Virus record (IMG/VR): IMGVR_UViG_3300020442_002198
Location: 1-56,755 of that record
From: a virus
Taxonomy: Duplodnaviria > Caudoviricetes
Strand: one strand, 5' to 3'
Length of the DNA: 56,755 nucleotides
Every line of letters begins with the position of its first letter. The stretch's first letter is position 1. The position numbers and the translations under genes were made by a program. Below are positions 36,563-46,900 of the stretch, piece by piece. The notes beneath the pieces were generated by a model. It made no database searches, was not told where the DNA came from, and saw nothing but the letters and a program-made list of their open reading frames with translations.

Positions 36563-37285
36563 TTATTCGCCGCCGCCCATTAGGCTAGGGTCAGGGGCAT
36601 TATCTGTATCTGGATGCCTTGGAAACATCATCATAGCTTGCCACGGTTCATAGCCAGCTTCCTGTAATTTTTGAGGTAAATCTCTCAATAATTTTCTAAA
36701 TGTTTCATATGTTTGTCTTAAGTTTGCAGGCATATCTGGAGTCATTTTTGAATCTGTCCCTGCTAGTTGTTCATTTCTCACAAGTCTCACATGCTCCCAT
36801 GTAAGAGTTTTATCAACACCTTGAGCTTCCCAAGTTCTTACTGGCACTATAAATTCATCTTTTTCAAAATCATATTTGATATTCCATTCATCGTAAATAT
36901 CACGTGCTAAAAATTCTCCTGGTTGGTCTACGTTTGTGTAACCTTCGGGTGTTGCCCACATTGTTACATAATCTCTTTTAAAACGTCTCTCAGCATCTTC
37001 TGGGTGTCCACAATCATTTGCAATTTCGCAAAGAAACGGTTCTTTTTTACAATCTACTGTGACTCTAGTTACGTTTTCTGGCACTGGGCGTTCAAGCTCT
37101 TCTGGTTCGTACAAGCACCAGCCTGTTTCTTTTCCGTAGTCTTCACTGCTAGGATCATTATCTACTTCAAAGGTTAAATATTCCGGACCTTCATAGAAGT
37201 CTTTATCTTTTTTGCCTTGAGTGAAAGTATCACCGCCCCACTCATCCGGCACCGGAAATTCAAATTCTACTCTTATGTTTGGCAT
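36563..37285 (-). CDS. Tail fibre assembly chaperone-like protein
   Basis: C-terminal WEHVRLVRNEQLAGTD...FRKLLRDLPQ...FP..P, typical of phage tail assembly chaperones; follows the adhesin-like genes. Confidence 0.7.
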   Translation of the reverse strand: MPNIRVEFEFPVPDEWGGDTFTQGKKDKDFYEGPEYLTFEVDNDPSSEDYGKETGWCLYEPEELERPVPENVTRVTVDCKKEPFLCEIANDCGHPEDAERRFKRDYVTMWATPEGYTNVDQPGEFLARDIYDEWNIKYDFEKDEFIVPVRTWEAQGVDKTLTWEHVRLVRNEQLAGTDSKMTPDMPANLRQTYETFRKLLRDLPQKLQEAGYEPWQAMMMFPRHPDTDNAPDPSLMGGGE

Positions 37286-37300
37286 TTTCCTATCTCCATA

Positions 37301-38137
37301 TTAATAAAAAGTTATTTTTACGATTCCTGAACCACCTTGTCCAGAACCACCTGCACAACACTTGGCCCAGTTACCGCAATAGCTACTTACTCCGCCTGTT
37401 CCTCCGCCGGCCGGCCAATTGACATAACATCCACATGCACACCATGCTTCAGTAGTTTTGACAAAATCTGTCATACCTATCATTGGTGCTTGTCCTGCAA
37501 AGCTCATTGTACGCCAACAATGACATCCGCCAAATCCTGGTCTAAATCCTGTGGTACCCATCATTCCAAAGTCTGCACCAAATATACCACATATTAGACA
37601 GTTAGCACATGTATGGTGGTGTCTTGGTCCCCAAGCATCTCCATTACACATCCAACCACCGCAACCTCCGTAAGCACAGAAGTTTGATAGGTTATATCCA
37701 TTTACATATGATCTGCAGCCCATTGTTGCTGTACATGTATGTGATTTATCGCATCTCCAAGTACCGCCCGCACATATAGTATACTGACAGCCAGGATTAG
37801 TATTTACAGTTTTAACTGCATAGTTTCCTCCTGCACCGCCAATACTAAATGAACAACAATTACAACAGGTATGTCCTGCACCACCACCGCCACCTGACCA
37901 AATCTCGAAAGTTAGCTTAGTAACATTTGACGGCACTGTCCACAAACAGCATTTGCCGTTAGCTTGTTCACAACAGTTACCAGCACTAGAACATCTGTGA
38001 CATCTTAAGCCACGTTCGTTATATATCCATTGCACTCCATACTCAACGTTTGCACCTTGTGCAAGATCATCAGTTGTAATTTCGCCACTTGGTATTTGAT
38101 CTGATTTTACTTTTTTATATGTTGCGTATACTGCCAT
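37301..38137 (-). CDS. Cys/Gly-rich adhesin-like tail protein, paralog C
   Basis: 29 Cys in 278 aa (hand count); WTVP..VT...FEIWSGGGGG, GGAGGNY, GGSGIVKITF Gly-rich scaffold. Confidence 0.7.
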   Translation of the reverse strand: MAVYATYKKVKSDQIPSGEITTDDLAQGANVEYGVQWIYNERGLRCHRCSSAGNCCEQANGKCCLWTVPSNVTKLTFEIWSGGGGGAGHTCCNCCSFSIGGAGGNYAVKTVNTNPGCQYTICAGGTWRCDKSHTCTATMGCRSYVNGYNLSNFCAYGGCGGWMCNGDAWGPRHHHTCANCLICGIFGADFGMMGTTGFRPGFGGCHCWRTMSFAGQAPMIGMTDFVKTTEAWCACGCYVNWPAGGGTGGVSSYCGNWAKCCAGGSGQGGSGIVKITFY

Positions 38138-38149
38138 TATTAATTTTCC

Positions 38150-38989
38150 TTAAGCAAAAGTAATTTTTACTACACCTGATCCACCTTGGCCAGACCCGCC
38201 TGCACAGCATTTTGCCCAGTTACCACAGTATGTAGAGTTACCAGATGTTCCTCCTCCAGCTGGCCAATTTACATAACATCCGCATGTACACCAACTTTCA
38301 ACTACAGCAACAGTTTGCATTAGTCCTATCATAGGTGCTTGACCTGCGTGTGACCAGTCAGCACCTCTACAGTGACAACCACCAAATCCATTATATTGCC
38401 CAGTTGTTGCCATCATACCAAAATCTGCACCAAATATACCACAGATATTACAGTTAGCACAAACTTGTGAATGCCTAGGTCCCCAAGCATCACCATTACA
38501 CATGTATCCGCCACAACCACCTGTTGTACAGAAGTTTGATAGGTTATATCCGTTAATATAAGACCGACATCCCATAGTTGCTGAACATGTATGTGATTTA
38601 TCGCATCTCCAACTACCACCTGCACATATTGTATATTGGCAACCAGGCACTGTGTTAATAGTTTTTATACCGTAGTTACCACCACCGCCTCCAATTGAAA
38701 ACGAACAGCAATTACAACATGTATGGCCTGCGCCACCACCACCACCTGACCAAATTTCAAATGTTACTTTGGTTACATTCGATGGTACAGTCCATAAACA
38801 ACATTTACCATTAGCTTGCTCACAACAATTACCATTGTTAGAACATTGTCTACAACAACGGCCTCTTGGATTATATATCCATTGCACTCCTCTATGGTTC
38901 TGTGCACCGACAGTTAGTTTATCTTCAGAGATACTGTTACTAGAGAAATTATCTGCTGTTAGTTTTTTATATGAATTATAACTTGCCAT
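38150..38989 (-). CDS. Cys/Gly-rich adhesin-like tail protein, paralog B
   Basis: Collinear with paralogs A and C, same Cys framework. Confidence 0.7.
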   Translation of the reverse strand: MASYNSYKKLTADNFSSNSISEDKLTVGAQNHRGVQWIYNPRGRCCRQCSNNGNCCEQANGKCCLWTVPSNVTKVTFEIWSGGGGGAGHTCCNCCSFSIGGGGGNYGIKTINTVPGCQYTICAGGSWRCDKSHTCSATMGCRSYINGYNLSNFCTTGGCGGYMCNGDAWGPRHSQVCANCNICGIFGADFGMMATTGQYNGFGGCHCRGADWSHAGQAPMIGLMQTVAVVESWCTCGCYVNWPAGGGTSGNSTYCGNWAKCCAGGSGQGGSGVVKITFA

Positions 38990-38999
38990 ATTTTATCCT

Positions 39000-39839
39000 C
39001 TAAGAAAAGCTAATTTTAACAATTCCAGAACCTCCTTGACCAGATCCACCAGCACAACATTTTGCCCAGTTACCACAATAACTTGATACACCCGGCATAC
39101 CGCCTCCTGCTGGCCAGTTTACATAACATCCACATGCACACCATGCTTCTGTAGTCGCTGCAACTTGCATTTTACCAACAAACGGTGCAGCTCCGCTTCC
39201 TGATGTTTGTCCTGTACAACGGCATGTTGATGTTCCCATTTTCCACCCGTTTGTGCCGCTTATACCAAAATCTGCACCTCTGTCTGAACAGATATTACAA
39301 TTGGCACAACTATTCTGAAATGTCCTTGCGCCCCATGCATCACCATTACACATCCAACCACCACATGCACCAAACACGCAAAAGTTTGATAGATTAAATC
39401 CATTTACATAAGAACGACATCCCATAGTTGCTGAACATGTATGTGACTTTTCGCATCTCCATGAACCTCCAGCACACACAGTATATTGACAACCAGGATT
39501 AGTACTAACTGTTTTTATTCCATAATTGCCGCCGGAGCCTCCGATTGAAAACGAACAGCAATTACAACAAGTATGTCCAGGTGCGCCACCACCTCCTGAC
39601 CATATTTCAAATGTCACTCGTGTAACACCTGATGGTACAGTCCAAAGACAACATCTACCATTTGCCTGTTCACAACAGTTACCTGCTGGACTACAGTCAT
39701 GACATGCATGACCTCTTGAGTTATAAATCCATTGCACACCGTATTCATGCCCAGCACCTGGAACTAGTAGGTCCTCAGTGATTACACCCGAATCAATTTG
39801 TGCTGATGAAATCTGTTTATAACTTGAATATGTTGCCAT
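39000..39839 (-). CDS. Cys/Gly-rich adhesin-like tail protein, paralog A
   Basis: Collinear with paralogs B and C. Confidence 0.7.
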   Translation of the reverse strand: MATYSSYKQISSAQIDSGVITEDLLVPGAGHEYGVQWIYNSRGHACHDCSPAGNCCEQANGRCCLWTVPSGVTRVTFEIWSGGGGAPGHTCCNCCSFSIGGSGGNYGIKTVSTNPGCQYTVCAGGSWRCEKSHTCSATMGCRSYVNGFNLSNFCVFGACGGWMCNGDAWGARTFQNSCANCNICSDRGADFGISGTNGWKMGTSTCRCTGQTSGSGAAPFVGKMQVAATTEAWCACGCYVNWPAGGGMPGVSSYCGNWAKCCAGGSGQGGSGIVKISFS

Positions 39840-39851
39840 TCATTTTTATCC

Positions 39852-40568
39852 TTAGATTGTAAAGATTCTCCAACCATATGTTGAGTTGTAGTAGCACAAT
39901 TCAAAAGCAGCACCTTCTGTGCTTACAGTTAAGTTTGCATTATCACCTTGAATCGGTTGTCCGTTTCTGCCAACAGTAAGATTGTTTGAATCAAAAGTTT
40001 TTGCTACATCAAAAAATCTCACTCTCATTCCTTTTGCAGGTGAACTTGGAAGTGTAACTGTATATGCACCTGATGCTGTATTACACCAGTTACATTCAAA
40101 TGCCGCTGTTGTTCTTGCACCAGTTACATCAACATCTCTAAATCCGCATCCAATCCAAGTTGTTCCATTATAAAATTCTAAAATATTTAAATCTGTGTTA
40201 TATCTAGTATAACCAGCTGTAGGAGATCCTGTCCTTTCAGCTGTTGTACCAAAAGGTACAAGCATATATTGATCTTGTGCAGAAAATTTTAACGTACTTG
40301 TTGGAGTTACGTTTAATCCTGCACTATGCACTTGTCCAGCTGCTCCTATTCCACCAGCAGTGGTAATAGCGCCTGTTGTTTTGCTTGAACTTGCTGTTGC
40401 ATTAGTGCTTTCCATTGGAGCATCTGTAAAAACATGTCCTGTTCCATTTGGATCTATTACAACATTCTGATTGGTCGTTACAGTAATCAAACTGTTATCG
40501 ACGACACTCAAACTTGAAATTGAACTTCCTACGTTACCTGTCAGTCCGTTTGTTACTCTACGTCCCAT
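39852..40568 (-). CDS. Tail fibre connector-like protein
   Basis: VPFGTTAER...RYNT....EFYNG..W and TVTLPSSP..G..V.F.D....F..NNLTV.RNG..I.G fibre modules. Confidence 0.65.
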   Translation of the reverse strand: MGRRVTNGLTGNVGSSISSLSVVDNSLITVTTNQNVVIDPNGTGHVFTDAPMESTNATASSSKTTGAITTAGGIGAAGQVHSAGLNVTPTSTLKFSAQDQYMLVPFGTTAERTGSPTAGYTRYNTDLNILEFYNGTTWIGCGFRDVDVTGARTTAAFECNWCNTASGAYTVTLPSSPAKGMRVRFFDVAKTFDSNNLTVGRNGQPIQGDNANLTVSTEGAAFELCYYNSTYGWRIFTI

Positions 40569-40577
40569 AATTACTCC

Positions 40578-40898
40578 TTAAACAGTCGCTGTTTCTATGC
40601 CATATACAACGGCTGATACATCTGTACTATCTGCTCTTACAACTAAAATTTTAGATGCATCCATTACAATACCAGTACGTTCTAGCACACCGTTTGCAAG
40701 TATATCAGCATCGTATTCAATGTATTCTGCATTTAATGGCGTACCTGCCGCCGCTACTGCTACTCTTACACTTCTTGTACCTGCACTCCTGTTACACAGT
40801 GATACAGTCACTACCGAAAATGTATCTGCTGGAACGGTGTACACGCTAGTATTTGTTGCTGCTGCAAGATCAGCTACTCCTAGTCTTCCTGTTGCCAT
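40578..40898 (-). CDS. Small beta-rich virion protein
   Basis: VYTVPA, VSLCN, VLERTGIVM, VVYGIE; similar to 54056..54385. Confidence 0.6.
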   Translation of the reverse strand: MATGRLGVADLAAATNTSVYTVPADTFSVVTVSLCNRSAGTRSVRVAVAAAGTPLNAEYIEYDADILANGVLERTGIVMDASKILVVRADSTDVSAVVYGIETATV

Positions 40899-40913
40899 TT
40901 TATAATTCCTTCC

Positions 40914-43900
40914 TTATCTTAAAAAGTAGTTATACGCTACTGGCAGGCCTACTACACCGCCTTTGAAATTTAACTTAGCATTTATATTTATCACTTGCCC
41001 GGCAACCGTTGTAATTGTGTTGGTGCCTATGAAAATACTACCTGCTGTAACACTGTTCACGTTTAACGACGCTCCACCGCCACCAATTTGTGCTTCAATG
41101 TATGCTTTAATAGCTCGTTGTGTAGGAACAACGCTATCCGAATCCGCTGTAAAGAACGGGTCTGTTGAGAACTCACTTACACTTGCCGAATTACCACCTA
41201 GTGTGACTTCACCTAGTGTAAGTTCTTGTAGTCCTGATATGTTAAATGCTTCAGCGTTCAGTGTTGCTACACCAGTTGCTTGTTCAACATTAAACAAATT
41301 ACCAACTCTAAAGTTACCATCTTGGTCTGTAGCTGTGAAGAACACTCTACCACCATCAAAATCGTCTGTTTCTTTAGTTTGATCTGGAGAAATAGTTGGT
41401 GTACCAGGATAATTTGTATCTACAAAACTACCAGTACCAATGTCTAAGAAGTCATGACCTGTAAGACGTACTTGCGAATAACGTATACGCATTGTGATGT
41501 CGTCTTCATCGGCAGGAGCATCTGATACTGTTATATCCGGACTAACTTGAATGAATGCAGTATAATCACCGTCAACTGTGCCTGCAAAACTTGTTACACT
41601 AACCAACTTAAATATCTTATCTGTGATATCACCAAACTGCACGTTTGAACCTGCAACTGGACGTTTTGTTAATCTTCTTACAGCAACGTTTGAACCGTTT
41701 TGGAAGAAGTCTGCAAATCCATCACTTGCATTTTTGTTTATTTCAGCACTTGCTTGTTCGTATCCAGAACCTCTATTTAAGAAACTTGGATTTGCAAGTG
41801 TTTGATCAAACAGTCTTACCGCAGTTTGAACATCAAATGTGTTATTGTTGTCAGTAATTGTAATACTTGGAGCACTAGCATATCCTGATCCAGGTTCTAC
41901 CATTCTTACTTCAAAAACTTTTTCGTTTGCTACGCCAACTCTTGCCCATGCTTTTGTTGGACGTAAAATTTCACTTGCAATATTAGTACTACCTGCAGTT
42001 GCTGCAAAGAATCTAGGTGTTGCATTATTGCTACCATGTGTTACTGCATCAATACCACTTGCAGTGCTAATTTGTGCAGTACCTGTTGCCCAAACAACAC
42101 CGTAGTTACTGTATGCATATGTTGAACTTCCTGTTCTAGTTGCTACAAACATACCTTGTCCATATGCTATGTCACTGTAGTCTGTTGCGGCTGGTAAAGC
42201 AACTTCTGTCCAATTTAAGCCACCATCAAGTGTATATTGAGCATAGGCACTATTAGTAGAAATTGCAACAAATCTATTGTTGCCGTATGCTATCGGACCC
42301 CAGTTTCTTGCTGATGCACCTGCATCAGTGGTCCAATCCACAGCATTTGTTGTGAAAGCAACTTCTGTTGATCCGCTTTTTACAGCGACCCATCTATTTG
42401 CACCAAAAGCTAAACCTGTGTATCCTGTGCTAGGTAATGCATCAGCTACTTCCGTCCAAGTTACACCTCCGTCCGTAGTGTAAATAATATCTCTTGTGCC
42501 GGCCCAAATAACTATACCAATATTGTTTCCGAAAGCAACACTTGGCGCACTATTGTATGGTCCACCTGGAGCAGAAACCTGATTCCAATTTATGCCGTCT
42601 GTTGATCTCCATAATTGACTAGACGAAGTGCTTTGTGCGGCAATAACTTGATGGCTTGTTCTTAGCGTAGACGATCCATCATCTATTAGTCCACCCATAA
42701 TAGCTGTAGGTCCGCCAGGAGCAACACCAGGCAGTGTTATACTTGTCCATGTAGTGCCATCATAACTGTGATTAACTGATGCACTGCTGTCTGCTGAAGC
42801 AATGTATATACCTTGTCGGCCTTTGCCTTTAGAATCTATTGCTGTTATTGCACCAGTTACACTATTGACTGCTGTCACTACCACTGTTATATCATTTGCT
42901 GTGGCTACGCCGCCTACAGATGTACCCGGTATAGTTAGAGTATTTCCTCTTGTATATCCTGTTCCTGCATCATTAAGTGTTACTGTGTACTTTACACCAA
43001 CTTTTGTTACGTCGAAAGTAGCGTTATCATCTCCAACACTAGAACTATGTGATACTCCTGTATAATCTTTAGATAACTCAGCAAATTTTATATCTGACCA
43101 ATTTGCTGTGCTTGCAAATGATCTACCGTTTGAACTTGCTGATTGAGATCCAAACTCAACTAATGGTTCTATTCTATATGTGGTTGAACTGTTAGGTGCA
43201 ACAATAGTTGTACCTGGATTAAAATGATCCCAGCCAGCAACTCCGTCACTGACTCTTACAACAGTTGCAAGTTTTGAACCAGAATTATAAGTTTGTATCT
43301 TACCAAATTGTCCGTTACCAGCACCACCTGTCAGCACTACTAACATTCCAGGATACGCACTATCCCCGTTGCCGTCTGTAGCCGCTATTGTAATTGATGT
43401 TGTTGAACCTGCTTGTGCAGTGTTTGCAACAACTAAATATCCTTTACCTCCAAGCTGTCCGGATGAATCATTTAGATCTAAGATTCTTACTTGTCCTACT
43501 GCGTTATCTCTAAATTCATCTACTAAAACATCTCCATTGGAACCTGCTCCAAATAAATCAATATCAGCAAATCTATACTGTTCACCTGCATGACTAAATT
43601 CTAAATTTAAAATTTTATCTGCATCTGTGTTTACTTGTGAAGGTGTTGCTACATATTGGAATTTATTATCAACAATCGCTGTTACTGGTGTTTCTTCCGG
43701 ATCAACTCCTTCTGCAACTGATCCAAAGTCACCATAACTGTTGTTTCCGTTAGTACCACGTATACGTCCTCCGTTTTCAGCTAGATATCCAATGTGTGAA
43801 TAATATGTAAACACTGAAACCATTTCAGCTCTACCATTATTAGTAATCCAGGCACCAATACCATCTGAAATAACCTGTGTAAAATCATTTGAAACAATAG

Positions 43901-46900
43901 AATCATTACCACCATCGTGTAGGTCGCCATCTATTTTTTGTCCAATAGCCGCATAACCAAAAGTTGAGCAGTTTTGTACATATGGCGAACGTGCAGAGAT
44001 CCAAACCGCTTCATGCTTTGGACCCCAACCTGGATCTAGTGAAGCATATGCTCCTGCAGTTGGACGGCTTGTTCCGTTTGCGTTTGGCGCTTGTAAGTCA
44101 CCTATTAATCCTTGGATAGACATTAGGCGCAATCCAGTACCATTACGCAAGTAGAAGAAATCTTCTTCTTGACAACCTAATACAGCGTTAGCATAGTAAC
44201 GTGCCGCATATGGTGTCTTGTAAATACCTGGTACAAACATTGAAATACTGTTTGTGTATTCTCTTATGTAATCTGCAGGATATAATATATCTTCAATAAA
44301 TGCTTCTAGATATGCTTTGATATCTCTTGTACAATCAGCCTTTGTATAAGTGTATGCTGTCTTAACTGTGAGTGCAGAAGCTGACCCACTGTCATTTGTT
44401 ACGGTAACTATATTACCACCTTTTTCGGTTGCTAGTGTAATTTTAGTTGCACTTAATATATTTCTTACATAATAAGTTGTACTTGTGCTTAATCCACCTA
44501 ATGCAGTGCCTTCAAATTTAATTGCTTGCCACTGTCTTAGCCAACTAGTGCTTTGTAGTGTAACCGAATTGTCTGATGCTGTGGTTGTTGTAACACCTGA
44601 TTTGAAAGTATCAGTAATGTGAGCATGTATCTCTTCAACAATAAAATCTGTGTTAAGTCTTATCTGTTGTGCAGAGTGTTCTGTATAAGGAATACGTTGA
44701 TCAGTATCGAACTGTTTAGCATTTGCTCCTTCATTACTACCGCCTAAGATCATATCTTCAACCCATTCAAAAGCGGCATTTACTCCTGCAATAGCTGTTG
44801 CATTGCTGTTTACATTTGCAATAGCAAGTGTTCTTGCATATTCATATGCGGCAAGTGTTGCTTCTTTTTGCTCAGCAAGCACTTTGACTCCTGATGATCT
44901 TAAATAACTGTATGCGGCTACTATTGAAGCAAAATTTGTTCCTAACATAAAATCATAACGTGCTGCATCTAAAATGTAACCTAAGTCTCTTTCACACTTG
45001 GTGCTATTGTAGGTTAAATTTGGAAAGTTGTTTGTAATAAATGTAGTCATGTTTGACTTAATACTAGCTGTTGCATTTACAAGTGCTGTATTAGCAGTGG
45101 TAAGTGCAGATGCTACACCTGATGTACTAGGATATGTGATCGTCTCTGTACCACTACCTCCGTTTATAATATCAATAATGTCTTGAATACGGTTTTGAAT
45201 TGTAGTTGCATCAGCACTTGCTCCTGCAGCTCCACGTGTTTGTGTTATTATAGGTCTATTTATAGCATTATCTTTTAGTGATACTTTGGTTGGTTGTGAA
45301 GCTACTTGATATGTTGGATTAATCAACAAGTTTTGAGCTACGTTTCCTGCTAGTGTTTGCAAGAAAGTGTATGCCGCAATAGTAGCTGTTTTTTCTGAAC
45401 TATCAATGTTAAGATTATTTTGTCCCGTACCGCTCCAATATGCTTCACCGGCATTCACTGATTGCCAATTACCGCCGTGTGTTAAGTCATACGCTACAGC
45501 ATCGATAATGTAGCCAACATCTTGTCTACATTTTGTTTTACTATACTTCAAGTTTGGATATGTATTTTTTATATAGGCTGTAACTTCTTCGGCCATAAAT
45601 TGCTTGTTTGAAAGAAGCTGATCACGTGCATAACCTGTTTGGGCACTTGAGAAATCACTTATATTTGGTAATGTGCGTTCTAGTTTGTCACCTATCAACC
45701 AATCAACTCTACGTCTAGCAATACGTGCCAACTGTTCTGCTGCTTCTTCTTCTTCGACGTTACCATATGGCCATAGTTGCGATTGTGTTTCAGTATTTCC
45801 AGTAGTAGGTGTAACCGTTACACCACGTACAATATCACCAACCACAGGTTCTAAACGTGTAAGTGCTTCAAAGCTAAACGGTGTATCTGATCTACTTGTA
45901 AGATTTGCACCATTATAAATTGTTTTGGGTTGTACATTTGTAGCACGTAGTTCATCACCCATAATACAACATTCTGCAGGTACAATTATAGGAAGTATTT
46001 CTTTATACTGACCTGTTGCTACTCTAATTAATGTAGTTGGTCTTACCATTTTTGGTAGTTCTGTTGCATCACCTTTAGTAATTGCATCTGTAACTATTTT
46101 TGCATTTGCTTGTATGTTTGTTAAAGCATCTGTTTCTGCTGTGTATGCACTATTTTTATACTGTGCAACAATAGCTGTAGAATTGTCACCAGCTGTTGTT
46201 TGATAGCTCACAGCAGGATCTGTTTGTGCTAAAACGTGTCCAATTAATGTAAGTCCATAAGTAATACTTGCATTAGTTTCATCACCCTGACCTAATGTGT
46301 AAAAGTTTCCTGGCTCAGTCACATATTTGTTTGCACTATTTCTAGATTTTTCATTACCACCGTGTGTCATATCATAGATAAAAGAATCTATTAAAAATCC
46401 CATATCACGTTCGCACTTTGCACCATTGTATGTGAAAGAAGTTGTGAAAGGAGAAATATCATTAGCAATCTGATAGTCAGTCCATTCTACAATTTCACGT
46501 TGAATAAAATATCTGTTGCGTTCTAATAAATGTCTTGCATTTTTACGCTTTGTACCTTTTAAAACTTGTTCTGCGGCATAACGTATAGATGCAAACGGCT
46601 TGTCAACAGTTGAACCTGCATCAGGAAATAATTTATCAGTTCCTTTTGGCCCTACATAATATACATCATCTGAATTACCTAAATATGTCCACTCCGGAAT
46701 TTTTTCGGAACTAACTCTTAATACTTGACCTTCTTCACCTACAGGTAATCTTGTAGGTCCTGATCCGCCGTAATATACCAAATCACCTTTTGCTGTAAGT
46801 ACACTTGCTTCATTTCCGAGTATAAGCGAATTCCAATATGTGCCTGCTGTATCTAAATCAGGGCGGCTGTTTTGAGCACCTACTTGATTAGATGAATAGT

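Noticed and set aside
37301-39839. Diversity-generating retroelement (template/variable repeat) in the Cys-rich triplet
   Set aside because: All three copies are intact genes, differences are not confined to adenines, and no reverse transcriptase is in the window.
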